Assembly: GCA_050010515.1 (NCBI GenBank)
Contig: JBEKKX010000010.1
Coordinates: 1-64,000 of the forward strand
Direction of reading: 5' to 3'
From: Candidatus Bathyarchaeia archaeon
GTDB lineage: Archaea; Thermoproteota; Bathyarchaeia; Bathyarchaeales; Bathycorpusculaceae
DNA length: 64,000 nucleotides
The notes below the pieces were generated by a model. That model was not told the origin of the DNA, searched no databases, and worked only from the letters and a program-made list of their open reading frames with translations. This document shows positions 30,376 through 40,914 of this stretch, piece after piece. Within the stretch, counting starts at the first letter, position 1, and each line of letters starts with the position of its first letter. The translations under genes and the position numbers were made by a program.

Positions 30376-30711
30376 ATGAGCAAAAAAGATGCACCTAAAC
30401 TCGTCGCAAAAGCCTCAAGTCTTGAGGGCTTGATTGATTATCAAGAAGGCTCAGTTGTAAGCCGCACAATTATTGACAAGAAAACAGGAACCATAACACT
30501 GTTTGCGTTTGATGAAAATCAAGGCTTAAGCGAGCACACTGCACCCTACGACGCAATGGTCTATGTGCTTGACGGCGAAGTAGACATTAACATATCGGGC
30601 AAGCAAATCTGGCTAAAGCAAGGTGAAATGACCATCCTGCCTGCTAACCAGCCGCATGCTTTAACTGCAAAAACAAAGTTCAAAATGCTCCTAATAATGA
30701 TAAAGTCTTAA
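30376..30711 (+). CDS. Cupin-domain protein
   Basis: LFAFDENQGLSEHTAPYDA, PANQPHAL. Confidence 0.88.
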   Translation: MSKKDAPKLVAKASSLEGLIDYQEGSVVSRTIIDKKTGTITLFAFDENQGLSEHTAPYDAMVYVLDGEVDINISGKQIWLKQGEMTILPANQPHALTAKTKFKMLLIMIKS

Positions 30712-31325
30712 CTAAGCTTCCTGCCCCATCTATCCCTGAAACAGTAATCATCAAGCATTTTTCTAGGCGGCTTAGGCGGTTTCTCAGCTGGATAGCCCAT
30801 CGCAATTAATGCCTCAGGCTCAGCCTCATCAGGAATTTTCAGCACTTTCCTCACCGTTTCTTTGCAAAAACCTGGCGCACAAAACCAACATGCCCCCAAA
30901 CCTTTCGCATATGCCGCCAACAGCATGTTCTGCAAGGCTGCCGCTAAACTTTGCATTGCCAAATCCCGCTCGCACTTTTGTCTCTTTTCATCAGAAAAGT
31001 TATCCATGCCATCCATAGTTAAGCAAGCAAGTATAAGCACGGGTGCGTTTGCGAATCTTTCAACCCGAAACTTGAACTTTTCTGGTTCAATGTTTAATCC
31101 ATCTTTAGCAATGTCCACAGCCCAAGATTCAGCCATAGCCTCAGCCAATTCCCGCTTAACTAAAGCATCTGCTAAAATTATGAATCGCCATGGTTGAACG
31201 TTATGCGCTGAAGGCGCCCAACCAGCAGCCACCAAAACCTCCTCAATCACCTCTTGCGGTACAGGGCGAGCTGAATATTTTCTGACGCTTCGCCGCTCTT
31301 TAATCGCGTCTAACACGTGTGACAT
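30708..31325 (-). CDS. Nitroreductase family protein (FbiB C-terminal-like)
   Basis: RRSVRKY, APSAHNVQPWRF, QNMLLAA..GLGACW. Confidence 0.9.
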   Translation of the reverse strand: MSHVLDAIKERRSVRKYSARPVPQEVIEEVLVAAGWAPSAHNVQPWRFIILADALVKRELAEAMAESWAVDIAKDGLNIEPEKFKFRVERFANAPVLILACLTMDGMDNFSDEKRQKCERDLAMQSLAAALQNMLLAAYAKGLGACWFCAPGFCKETVRKVLKIPDEAEPEALIAMGYPAEKPPKPPRKMLDDYCFRDRWGRKLS

Positions 31326-31366
31326 GATAATGTGTATGTTTGTGTTGCTTTTTATCTCTTACAAAC

Positions 31367-32395
31367 TTAAACTCTGTTAGGCTCCAAAATAACCTTCAAC
31401 GATTGCCCCGCCTCAGCCATCAACCTGAAGCCTTCCTGCGCCTCGCTTAAACCGAGCCTATGAGTAATCATATCTTTAACATTCAACCGTTTAGTTGCCA
31501 AAACACGCATCGAATCTTCCAAATCGTTAGGTGCCGCGCCGTAACTAGTGCGCATTGTAATCTCATTTCTCCAAAACTGGGTAATTGGCACTGGAAGCTT
31601 CACACTTGGGTCTGGCACAGCAAAAAACAGGATGGCTCCGCCGTTTTCTACGCAATCTAACGCTGTTAACGCGGCTGAAGTGGCCGCGGTGCAGACGACA
31701 ACTTGGTCTGCTAATCTTCCACCGTTTACATCTTTAAGCTTCTCTGGCAGGTTCTCTTTGGCATCTAATGCGTGGTCTGCGCCGAATTTTTTGGCAAGCT
31801 CTAGCCTGTAAGGGTTAATGTCGGCTACAACTATGTTTTCTACGCCTTTAAATTTGGCAAGTTGCGTATGCAAGATTCCTGCTATGCCGCTTCCAATAAT
31901 CAAGAGCGTATCGTCTTTTTGCAGGTCAGCCAAGCGTTGACCGCGTGACACGCATGCTAATGGCTCAATGAATGTGCCTTCTTCAAAAGACATGTCATCT
32001 GGCAGCTTGTACACGCCGAAGTCAACGTTTATTTTTGGAACGCGTATGTACTGTGCAAAGCCGCCTGGGAAATAATTTGTTGTATGCAGCGTCTGGCAGG
32101 CGGTGTGGTGACCTCTCTGGCAGTAACGGCACTGGTTACAAGGTACGTGGTGTGAAACAAAGACTCTGTCGCCGACTTTGAGGCTGGTAACTTTACTGCC
32201 GACTTTATCGATGACGCCTGTGGCTTCGTGACCAAGCACCCGCGGAGCCTTAGGAATTCGGTACCATTCAATAACATCGCTGCCGCATATGCCGCTCGCC
32301 ATAACCTTCAACAATGCTTCATCCTCGCCGATTTCGGGAATGGCCATTTCTTCAATGCGGACGTCATGGTTGTTGTAGTAGACGGCGGCAAGCAA
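31367..32395 (-). CDS. Zn-dependent alcohol/polyol dehydrogenase (MDR)
   Basis: GICGSD, LGHE, CNQCRYCQRG..C, EPLAC, IGSGIAG. Confidence 0.9.
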   Translation of the reverse strand: MLAAVYYNNHDVRIEEMAIPEIGEDEALLKVMASGICGSDVIEWYRIPKAPRVLGHEATGVIDKVGSKVTSLKVGDRVFVSHHVPCNQCRYCQRGHHTACQTLHTTNYFPGGFAQYIRVPKINVDFGVYKLPDDMSFEEGTFIEPLACVSRGQRLADLQKDDTLLIIGSGIAGILHTQLAKFKGVENIVVADINPYRLELAKKFGADHALDAKENLPEKLKDVNGGRLADQVVVCTAATSAALTALDCVENGGAILFFAVPDPSVKLPVPITQFWRNEITMRTSYGAAPNDLEDSMRVLATKRLNVKDMITHRLGLSEAQEGFRLMAEAGQSLKVILEPNRV

Positions 32396-32427
32396 GAGGC
32401 TTCACCAAGAAAAAGAAAAGTGCTGGG

Positions 32428-33225
32428 TTAAGCCTTTCCGGCTTTTACCTGATTAAACAGGTCCAGTGCTTCTTGCGGAGTAAAGTTATCGTGGACAACT
32501 GCTCTAATTGCCCTGATTGCAGCTACTGGATTCTCGGTTTGCCAAATGTTCCTGCCCAAGTTAACGCCTATAGCGCCTTTTTGCATGCCATCATAGACGA
32601 AGTCAAACACTTCCTTTTGCGTTTCAGTTTTTGGTCCGCCTGCAATAACCACTGGCACTGGACAGCCATCAACGACTTTTTCAAAGTTCTCTTTACAATA
32701 GTAAGTCTTAACCACACGTGCGCCGATTTCAGCTGAAACTCTTGCAACCAACGCTAAATAACGGGCTTCACGTTTTTCAAGTTCCCTTCCCACGGACGTG
32801 ACAGCCATAACTGGTACACCATAATCTTCGCATTCATCCACGAGTTTGGCTAGGTTGCTGAGGCTTTTGTTCTCGTATTTTGTGCCGACAAAGACGGACA
32901 TGGAAACTGCCATGGCGTTTAATCGTAGAATTTCTCGGATGGATGTGACTATGCTCTCGTTTGCCAAATCTTCGCCTACCACGGTTACGGCTCCTGAAAC
33001 TCGCATTATGATTGGTTTCTCAATCGCTGGGTCAATGCAGTTTCTCAGAACCCCGCGGGTAAGCATGAGCGCGTCTGCATACTGGTAGATGGGTTTGATT
33101 GTTTCTGCGGGCTTCTCAAGGCAGTGTGTTGGTCCTTGGAAGTATCCGTGATCAACGGGTAAGAAGAGGGCTTTCCCGTCTTTTTGGATAAGTCTGCTTA
33201 ACCTGTTTTTCATTCCCCACTCCAT
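32428..33225 (-). CDS. lsrF: LsrF-type thiolase (DhnA class I aldolase family)
   Basis: WGMKNRLSR..DHGYFQGPT, VKTYY, IAGGPK, GRNIWQ. Confidence 0.85.
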   Translation of the reverse strand: MEWGMKNRLSRLIQKDGKALFLPVDHGYFQGPTHCLEKPAETIKPIYQYADALMLTRGVLRNCIDPAIEKPIIMRVSGAVTVVGEDLANESIVTSIREILRLNAMAVSMSVFVGTKYENKSLSNLAKLVDECEDYGVPVMAVTSVGRELEKREARYLALVARVSAEIGARVVKTYYCKENFEKVVDGCPVPVVIAGGPKTETQKEVFDFVYDGMQKGAIGVNLGRNIWQTENPVAAIRAIRAVVHDNFTPQEALDLFNQVKAGKA

Positions 33226-33477
33226 ATTTATTTCTCCGTGAAACCTTTTGTTTTAAGAATTAAATAACCTTTCCTACCCTTGCTAAGAAAAACTGTTTGG
33301 ATTTGAATCCAAATTGAATTTTTCGATAACACATGAGACTAGCCACAGTAATCATAGCCGGCGTATTTAGTATCTTAGGAGCTGTAACGTCAGCAGTCGG
33401 TGGGCTCATGGGCAACTGGATCTCGAGATAGATTCCGCAGAAACGTTAAGCGGTTTTTTCGGGGACCACATGCTTTC

Positions 33478-34182
33478 TTAAATTTCTAAGGTTTGGGAAG
33501 TGTAGGGCGTAGGTATGATTACTTTTGTCTGAGGCATTTTCTCTTTTAATATGTTTTCGAATTTTTTGTGTTGCACTTTGGATCCGTGCATGGCAACGAC
33601 CACATTTGGTTTTAATTCAGATGCCATTTTGAAGGCGTTTTCGGGAGAAGCCGTTGGGGACCAGCGGCCTGTGGGCAGAAAAGCTATTTGTGACTGATAG
33701 TCTTTCATGGGCACGTATCCTGAATCGCCCGCGTGGAATACGAGAAGGTTCCCCATTTTTATTTGAAAAAGCATTATTGGGCCACGGTGAACCCCTTGAA
33801 CCGCCTTCACAGTGAGGTCTCCGTAAGCGTACGTTTGACCAGACGTCGCACTTGTTAACTTTTCGCTGGGGATGATTCCTTTCAATTTGTTGGCGACTTT
33901 TGCCTCGGCCAATATAGGCGCTCCTGTCTTCTTGAATAGCTTCAACGACTTGCCAGCACTGAAATGATCCAGATGACTGTGCGTAAAGAGCAGAAGGTTG
34001 ACTTCTTTGAGGGCCGTCGTCTCGTCATCCTTCAAAAAGCCTGCCGCATCTATTAGAACGCTTTGTTTCGAGGTTCTTGCGAGGATTCCTGAAGCCCCCA
34101 GATATATGACAGCAATCTGGTTCTCAGAAAGCCCTAAAGCAAAAAAATTGCCAATTTCCTCAGCCTTGCTTGCTCTAAACAT
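33478..34182 (-). CDS. Metallo-beta-lactamase-fold hydrolase
   Basis: THSHLDH, FHAGDS, AMHG. Confidence 0.88.
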   Translation of the reverse strand: MFRASKAEEIGNFFALGLSENQIAVIYLGASGILARTSKQSVLIDAAGFLKDDETTALKEVNLLLFTHSHLDHFSAGKSLKLFKKTGAPILAEAKVANKLKGIIPSEKLTSATSGQTYAYGDLTVKAVQGVHRGPIMLFQIKMGNLLVFHAGDSGYVPMKDYQSQIAFLPTGRWSPTASPENAFKMASELKPNVVVAMHGSKVQHKKFENILKEKMPQTKVIIPTPYTSQTLEI

Positions 34183-34337
34183 AAATGATCGCCATCCCGT
34201 TGTGGGAGCTACCGACTTAAATAATCTTTGTTGAACCAGTTTGATATTTTCTATTTTTTGAATGAGTTATGCACGCTGCTGAAACATTCCAGATTTGAGT
34301 GATGAAAGACTATATTTCTCTTTAAAGTGCACTTCAT

Positions 34338-34700
34338 TTATTCTTGCTGTTTTTTGTATTGCGCTATAGCATTTTCAATCAATTGGCTTCTGTCTTTAAA
34401 ATTCCCTTTTTGGACTTGCCTGTCAATCCACTCGACTAGTTGCTTGTCGATGTTTGCTAAAACTGTTGTTTCATTATTTTTTAGTTTCGAGCTGACTGAG
34501 ATAATATATCCTTTTTCTATTAGCCAGTGGTGAAACTGCCATGTGGTATATAGGCATCCGCTGCTGCACTTTTGCCTTGTCTGCTCGTAAACTGGGGAAG
34601 CCTCTGTTAGCTTGTTTAGCTCCATCTGTACAGGGCATTTTACGTCTTTGCAGAATTCTCTTCGCTTATACTCAACAAATCCTTCAAGAGCCATCTTCAT
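34338..34700 (-). CDS. Cys/His-rich domain fused to ribbon-helix-helix DNA-binding domain
   Basis: FCKDVKCP..CSSGC..FHHWL; C-terminal IDKQLVEWID..KGNFKDRSQLIENAI. Confidence 0.7.
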   Translation of the reverse strand: MKMALEGFVEYKRREFCKDVKCPVQMELNKLTEASPVYEQTRQKCSSGCLYTTWQFHHWLIEKGYIISVSSKLKNNETTVLANIDKQLVEWIDRQVQKGNFKDRSQLIENAIAQYKKQQE

Positions 34701-34835
34701 CGGTGGCTTACTCCTCGTTTAGGCTTAATAAGCCTTGTTCATAGGGAGATGGGTCTACTTTTATGCAAGTAAATTTGGTCTAAAAAGCTAGTAAGTAGCA
34801 TGCCCTTTTAAGGTGCGTTTTCAATTTGTGCTTGT

Positions 34836-35465
34836 ATGCCCCAACTTTATCTCTTAGGCGGAGAAAACGTCTTTAAAAGAAGTGCGAAGGAAATAAACGA
34901 GAGCGCTTTCCAAGATGCAGGAGAACCTCTGGTTGTTCTTGTGTTTCCTTGGGCAAGAGCATCATTCGACAAAGGCTATAAGAAAAGGAAGACATTGGTT
35001 GATTATTTTATAAGTCTTGGCGCCAGCACAATCAATTTTATAGAATACTCTGATTCCAATGAAACGATTGCCAAAAAAATGGCTGATTCTAACATAGTTT
35101 ATTTAACGGGTGGACTTGCAAACGTTCTAGTTGAGCGCCTGAAAAACATGGGTGTTGACCGTTTGCTGCATGACTATGGCGGAGTCATCATTGGGCGAAG
35201 TGCTGGAGCGTTGGCGCTTTGCCGAAAATGCATAATCACCTGCCGCAGCAATTCAAAAGTCAAAATTATCGACGGCCTCGGTTTGGCAGACCTCACCCTT
35301 AAAGTTCACTATAAACCTGAAAAAGACGTAACGCTGGAGCGGCTGTCGACACAGGAGAAAATTTACGCTCTACCTGAGGGTTCAGCGATTGTTTACAATA
35401 ATGGCGCTTGCTCATTTATGGGCGAAGTGTATCTGTTTGAGAATGGCATAAAGCGGATGTTATAA
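34836..35465 (+). CDS. Peptidase S51 / class I glutamine-amidotransferase-like protein
   Basis: VYLTGG, GRSAGA, VHY. Confidence 0.85.
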   Translation: MPQLYLLGGENVFKRSAKEINESAFQDAGEPLVVLVFPWARASFDKGYKKRKTLVDYFISLGASTINFIEYSDSNETIAKKMADSNIVYLTGGLANVLVERLKNMGVDRLLHDYGGVIIGRSAGALALCRKCIITCRSNSKVKIIDGLGLADLTLKVHYKPEKDVTLERLSTQEKIYALPEGSAIVYNNGACSFMGEVYLFENGIKRML

Positions 35466-35651
35466 TCGTTGTCTTACTTTTTCTGTAAGACGCCTCACAA
35501 CTTCTTCCTTATCTTTTTCAATAAAATTTCAAAGTTACTTGCTTTCATTATCCGTTGAAGCATCTTTTTTGTAGCTGTTTTTTATGCGCCATAAGCTTCT
35601 GTTCTCAATTTCCAGTTGCTCCATCAAGTTGCACGTATCGTTATCAAGCAT
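35460..35651 (-). pseudogene. Small helical protein gene with two internal stops
   Basis: Hand translation MLDNDTCNLMEQLEIENRSLWRIKNSYKKDASTDNESK*L*NFIEKDKEEVVRRLTEKVRQRL; stops at 35535-37 and 35529-31. Confidence 0.55.
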
Positions 35652-35930
35652 CCCTTTTCCAAATGCCCCTTGTTTACATGGTTCGTTTTAAGCTTTAGTT
35701 TGGCCTTCATTTTCTATTTCCATGCATACTATTTGACACCTATCTTTTTCCACATTTTTACATACCATAATGTCAGCGTCCCCTTTGCTGGATACTGCTG
35801 TAAGTGCCTCCTCCTTTTCTCCAGCTAAAAGTATCCGCCTCCAAAAGAACAATGACAAATCAAACTAAGCAGGTTAACACACTTAAGCATATGTGATTGC
35901 AAAAAGCTGACAACAAAATTATTTTTAAAA

Positions 35931-36170
35931 TTAAAAGTTAACAAAATTATTCTTTCTTTGAAGAAACGCTAGAACAACGGTTGCCAATATAAGCATCAAG
36001 AGCGCTGCACCGAAAATAATGAGCGGAATTCTAAAGGCTGGCTCGTTATGCAGAACAGTGGTTGTGGGTAGACCTCCCAGATAAGCTGCTAAGAAAATAC
36101 CCACGAAAACGGTGCCTACGCCTTCAAGGGAAAATAAAATTGTGTTTAATTTTTTCTTAGCTAAAGTCAT
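35931..36170 (-). CDS. Small two-TM membrane protein
   Basis: Two hydrophobic helices. Confidence 0.6.
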   Translation of the reverse strand: MTLAKKKLNTILFSLEGVGTVFVGIFLAAYLGGLPTTTVLHNEPAFRIPLIIFGAALLMLILATVVLAFLQRKNNFVNF

Positions 36171-36334
36171 TTAAGTCCTTCTGTGAGCTATGTTTTAATT
36201 AAGAGTAAATTTGTATTTAACTTTAACCTTTATCTCTTGAAAGAAGCGGTCTGAAGCTAGTTTGGACGGCGGTAAAACCGCAAATATAATATACTTAAGA
36301 GAATGAAGTTTCTTGTACAGCCGAGTTAAAGGTT

Positions 36335-37273
36335 ATGACTGAAGAAAAGTTCTATACGCCGCTAAAAATAGGATTGTTGATAGTCGTTTTATCTTATTTC
36401 CTGTTCACTTTACACGCAACGTTTACCCTCTCATGGATTGGTGAATGGAACCGAGGAGGGCACTATTACTTTGACATTTTTATTACAGACATTTCGGGAT
36501 TAGTCGGACTTATTTTTAGATTTGCTGCAAGCATCTTAGCTCTAGGGGCAATGATCTTTTACTTTGCCAAGAAGAATATTTCGAAACCCGCAGCTTACAC
36601 AATACTTAGGTGGATTTTGGTCTTGGAAGGAATTTATTGGTTGAGTCTTCTTACAACTGGAGTAACGGATGTTCAAAGCTTAATTTCAGCTTCAAGTCAT
36701 ATGAACCTAAATTCATTGCTACGTTCATTTGCATTGGGGGCTCTTCCTAGTTTGGTAGAATCCATAGCTCCTCCCATCGCGCTTTTCATATTTGCCTTAA
36801 AACTGAGTCCTAACAAGCCCGCCAAGAATGCGATAAAATGGGGATTAATTACAGGTACAATCTACATTTTTGTGTTTTGGTTGACCAACTCAAGCATGTG
36901 GCTTATAACGTGGGAGGTGAAAGGAACTGGATACCTGGCTTCTTACCAGGAAAACCTGCTCAGCTTCATCTTAACTATATTCGGGTTGTTGGCGTTGTCA
37001 ATTTACACAGCGTCTTTTGCGAAGAAATCCATCGGAGCGGAGACTTTGCAAGAACTGAAACTAAAAACTATCGGTGCTATTATCTTAGCGTTTGGAATGT
37101 ACTTTCTCTGGAACTATTTAACATGGATTTTCTTTGGAGGCAATTACTTGTGGAGCACATGGTATGCATGGTTCTTGGGGCACAACATGGATTTGTGGAT
37201 GCTTTCACTTCCATTGCTTGGAATACCGCTACTTTTCGCCGATAAGATTCATGAAAAAAATGATTCTCTGTAA
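36335..37273 (+). CDS. Polytopic membrane protein of unknown function
   Basis: About eight hydrophobic segments, Trp-rich C-terminus. Confidence 0.75.
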   Translation: MTEEKFYTPLKIGLLIVVLSYFLFTLHATFTLSWIGEWNRGGHYYFDIFITDISGLVGLIFRFAASILALGAMIFYFAKKNISKPAAYTILRWILVLEGIYWLSLLTTGVTDVQSLISASSHMNLNSLLRSFALGALPSLVESIAPPIALFIFALKLSPNKPAKNAIKWGLITGTIYIFVFWLTNSSMWLITWEVKGTGYLASYQENLLSFILTIFGLLALSIYTASFAKKSIGAETLQELKLKTIGAIILAFGMYFLWNYLTWIFFGGNYLWSTWYAWFLGHNMDLWMLSLPLLGIPLLFADKIHEKNDSL

Positions 37274-37342
37274 TAGCTATTCAAATGGGGTAAATTGTCA
37301 AAGCGGAGTTCTGCCTTGAAGCTCAAGCTGTAAAAGGGGTTT

Positions 37343-37470
37343 TTAGTCGGTTCCTCGCCTGCTTTTGTCTGCCATGAAGAGCAGCGGGTCGCTTGGTTTA
37401 ATTTTGAGTTCCTGACAGGTTTGGAAGGAATAACTATTTAGCCTCAGTCGCCGACTTTGGCTGTTCCATC
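37343..37470 (-). pseudogene. Decayed AbrB/MazE/SpoVT-family gene
   Basis: GTAKVGD*G*IVIPSK, then a frameshift to QELKIKPSDPLLFMADK; matches the family pattern KVGERGQIVIP..L.IKPGD.L. Confidence 0.6.
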
Positions 37471-37596
37471 TGATTATGTTTTTTCTTCATCAATTGTAAT
37501 GATACACACTTTTCATATAGTTCATGCTAAAAACGGAAAACACGTTTGCGTGCCGAAATCTGATAACCTTTAAAAGTGTAAAAGCAACAGGACAAT

Positions 37597-38274
37597 TTGA
37601 CCTACATGCATAAATCAAGATGGCTTGCAATCACCCTGACAGTGCTTATCATAACCGTTTCATTTACAGCAGTAGCTTTTGCCAATCCCATTGTTGGCGT
37701 AAAGAAAGGCGACTGGATAAAATACCAAGTAACAGTAACAGGCAATCCACCACCAGACGAAAACATAACTTGGGCAAGAATGGATATCACGGGCGTTCAA
37801 GGCGAAACCATAAACATTAATGTCCAAACTGGATACGCAAACGGAACTATATATCCAGAAAACGGAATAACCCTCAACCTAGCGACAGGCGCCATAGGAG
37901 ACGGCTTCTTTGTACCCACAAATCTAACTCCAGGCGATCAATACCGCACTGAATACGAAGGCACCATAAACATAACAAGCGTTGGGCAAATAGAAGCTGG
38001 AGGCGCCGAACGAACCGTTCTCTCAGGCGTTTCAAGCCAGACCACCTATTACTGGGACAAGCAAGCAGGCATCATGGTTGCAGCAACGTCAAACCTCACG
38101 GGATATACGATATTTACAAAGACAAGCGGAACCAACATTTGGCAGCCCCAGATTCTAGGATTAGATTTAACCGTCTTCTATACACTTATAGTTGCAGTAA
38201 TTGCAGTCGTGGTAGCCTCAGTAGCTATTGCGGTGATTTTAGTTTGGCGCAAGAAAGTGCCCGTAAAAAACTAA
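37597..38274 (+). CDS. Secreted, C-terminally anchored surface protein
   Basis: Signal peptide, GVKKGDWIKY, YYWDKQAGIMV, C-terminal TM plus RKK. Confidence 0.8.
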   Translation: MTYMHKSRWLAITLTVLIITVSFTAVAFANPIVGVKKGDWIKYQVTVTGNPPPDENITWARMDITGVQGETININVQTGYANGTIYPENGITLNLATGAIGDGFFVPTNLTPGDQYRTEYEGTINITSVGQIEAGGAERTVLSGVSSQTTYYWDKQAGIMVAATSNLTGYTIFTKTSGTNIWQPQILGLDLTVFYTLIVAVIAVVVASVAIAVILVWRKKVPVKN

Positions 38275-38344
38275 TTTTTTTGACAAACTTGAGGATGGTT
38301 AAGCGCACGCGCTCTGGGCTTGGCACGAATTTATGCACAAACAA

Positions 38345-39028
38345 TTAACTATCGTGGATTAGGACAGTACCTAAATAAATAATACAGCACTTCAGCGAAG
38401 CAACAATTATCCTTAAGTTAGCTCTAATTTTGCCGCCAATCCGCGGGTTACTGCGCCTAGGCGGAGGCTCATACAATACTTCGCCAATCTTAAAATCATG
38501 CTTTTTAGCAATAACCAGTAATTCGCCGCCAAAGGTTTCTCCACCTCGCAAGCTAAAGTGGGCAATTGTTTCTTTTTTGTAAGCCCTAAAATTTGAGAAA
38601 AAATCTGATACCCCAAACATTTTACCCAGCGTCTTGGAAGCCAGCCTCTCTGAAAACCTTGGAACAACCGTTCTTGACGCTACAACTAAATCAAACTTGC
38701 CGAATCTGCTAATAAGGCTGGGTATAAAATCTGGGTTATTTTCTAGGTCAGCATCTATTGTTACTATTACAGGAAACCTGGCTAGTTTCATCCCATACAA
38801 TAAACCCTTAGTTTGCCCTTCCCGAACTTTTGAAACCGCTAAATCAGCAAAGCACTTAGCAACATCAAATGTCCCATCAGAAGAGCTATCGTCAACAACA
38901 ATTATTTCATGCGGAAAATCTCTGAGTGCTGACCTTACTCTAAGAATTAATTCCTTAATATTTTTTCTTTCATTCCCAGTTGTTGTAACCACGGATATGC
39001 CCTGAACCATTTCGCCGCCGACACTCAT
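38345..39028 (-). CDS. GT2 glycosyltransferase (Dol-P-Man synthase-like)
   Basis: EIIVVDDSSSDGT, TIDADL, VVASR. Confidence 0.85.
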   Translation of the reverse strand: MSVGGEMVQGISVVTTTGNERKNIKELILRVRSALRDFPHEIIVVDDSSSDGTFDVAKCFADLAVSKVREGQTKGLLYGMKLARFPVIVTIDADLENNPDFIPSLISRFGKFDLVVASRTVVPRFSERLASKTLGKMFGVSDFFSNFRAYKKETIAHFSLRGGETFGGELLVIAKKHDFKIGEVLYEPPPRRSNPRIGGKIRANLRIIVASLKCCIIYLGTVLIHDS

Positions 39029-39240
39029 GAGTAGCCATAGCCATCTTTGGGTTATAAATTATGTTGCTTGAAAAACTTCAAGAAATCTCATTTTGAGCAT
39101 GGCGTTTAGGTTCTTTTCAGGTGGTCTTGGATTTTCCAGTCATGCTGCAAGCGGAAACAACATCGTAATCTTAAAATAATTGGAGGACTGATGTGTTAAC
39201 GAATTCATAAATTAGGTTAAGATTAATAGAGGAAGAAAAA

Positions 39241-40545
39241 ATGAGCAAACAAGAAAAACCCCACTTAAACCTCATCATCATGGGGCACGTTGACGCTGGA
39301 AAATCCACAACAACGGGGCACTTACTTTACTTAGCAGGCGCAATTGACGAGAGAACAATCAGGGCATATGAAGAAGAAGCCGAAAAAATGGGCAAAGGCA
39401 CATTCAAGTTCGCTTGGGTACTGGACAACCTCAAGGAAGAACGAGAAAGAGGAGTCACAATCGACCTTAGATTCCTGAAATTCGAAACCAAGAAATTCAA
39501 CTACACAGTCATCGATGCACCAGGACACAGAGACTTCATAAAAAACATGATTACCGGCGCAAGCCAAGCCGATGCTGCCGTACTCTTCGCCTCAGCCAAA
39601 AAAGGCGAGTTTGAGGCAGGCATTGGTGCAGGCGGCCAAACACGCGAGCACGCCTTTCTAGCATTTACTTTAGGCACTCGCCAAATAATCGTTGCAGTTA
39701 ACAAAATGGATGATGCATCCGTTAACTGGAGCAAAGATAGATATGAAGAAATAAAGAACGAAGTTTCAAGAATGCTGCGAATGGTCGGCTTCAAAATCGA
39801 TAAAATCAACTTTATACCTGTTTCAGGCTGGACAGGCGACAACCTGATCAAGAAAAGCGACAAAATGCCATGGTACACTGGTCCAACCTTAATTGAGTCA
39901 CTAGACCTTTTAGAAGTACCCGCTAAACCAACTAACAAGCCCTTACGCGTTCCAATTCAAGACGTTTACAGCATCACTGGCATCGGTACAGTTCCAGTCG
40001 GCAGAGTCGAAACAGGCACTCTTAAAGCAGGGCAAAACATAATTTTCATGCCCAGCAACAAAAGCGGCGAAGTTAAATCAATAGAAATGCACCACACCAA
40101 CATTCCAATAGCTGAACCAGGCGACAACATCGGCATGAACGTAAGAGGCATCGCAAAAACCGACATCCACAGAGGAGACGTAGCAGGACCAGTTGACAAT
40201 CCGCCAACAGTAGCTAAAGAATTCATCGGTCAAATCATAGTGATTTACCACCCAACCGCCATCGCAGCAGGATACACACCGGTACTCCACTATCACACTG
40301 GACAAATCGCATGCAGATTCACCGAACTAATAAAGAAAATCGATCCACGCACAGGTCAAGTAACTGAAGAGAAGCCAAGCTTTCTCAAAACCGGCGACGC
40401 AGCCTGGGTAAGAATGGAACCATTGCACCCAATAGCCGTAGAGGCTTACACAGACTTTCCAGAGCTCGGACGATTCGCCATCAGAGACATGGGCACAACC
40501 GTAGCTGCAGGTGTCATAAAAGAAGTCACCAAAAAGGGACCGTAA
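39241..40545 (+). CDS. tuf: Translation elongation factor EF-1 alpha
   Basis: [46 protein letters not shown]. Confidence 0.97.
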   Translation: MSKQEKPHLNLIIMGHVDAGKSTTTGHLLYLAGAIDERTIRAYEEEAEKMGKGTFKFAWVLDNLKEERERGVTIDLRFLKFETKKFNYTVIDAPGHRDFIKNMITGASQADAAVLFASAKKGEFEAGIGAGGQTREHAFLAFTLGTRQIIVAVNKMDDASVNWSKDRYEEIKNEVSRMLRMVGFKIDKINFIPVSGWTGDNLIKKSDKMPWYTGPTLIESLDLLEVPAKPTNKPLRVPIQDVYSITGIGTVPVGRVETGTLKAGQNIIFMPSNKSGEVKSIEMHHTNIPIAEPGDNIGMNVRGIAKTDIHRGDVAGPVDNPPTVAKEFIGQIIVIYHPTAIAAGYTPVLHYHTGQIACRFTELIKKIDPRTGQVTEEKPSFLKTGDAAWVRMEPLHPIAVEAYTDFPELGRFAIRDMGTTVAAGVIKEVTKKGP

Positions 40546-40746
40546 ACCTTCCATTTTATTTTTTGTTTAATTAATCAAACATGTCTTTTTAACTTTAATT
40601 TGCTATATTTTCAGTTGTAACAGGTTAGACTATTCAATTTTTAATTTGTTCCGTTTAATTGATGAAAGCTTTGTTGTAGTCATGTGACAGTCACAAGTAC
40701 ATATATCGTATGATTGGGAAAGTGGCTTAACTAAAGGCGAGGGTTA

Positions 40747-40914
40747 ATGGATTATCAAAATGAGAAATCCAGCATGCCGTTAAACAAGAATTTTGATAGG
40801 GCTAAAAGGGGACGCTTAAGCCAAAAGCTTGAGTCTATATCATTGAGAGATGTGTCACTCAAAGATAGGCGCAAAGAAGCAAAAAAACCATTATTCTTAA
40901 TCAGGTACGAGTGA
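40747..40914 (+). CDS. Possible small basic protein (55 aa)
   Basis: Hand-read ORF MDYQNEKSS...PLFLIRYE after GAGGG; below ORF-track cutoff. Confidence 0.3.
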   Translation: MDYQNEKSSMPLNKNFDRAKRGRLSQKLESISLRDVSLKDRRKEAKKPLFLIRYE

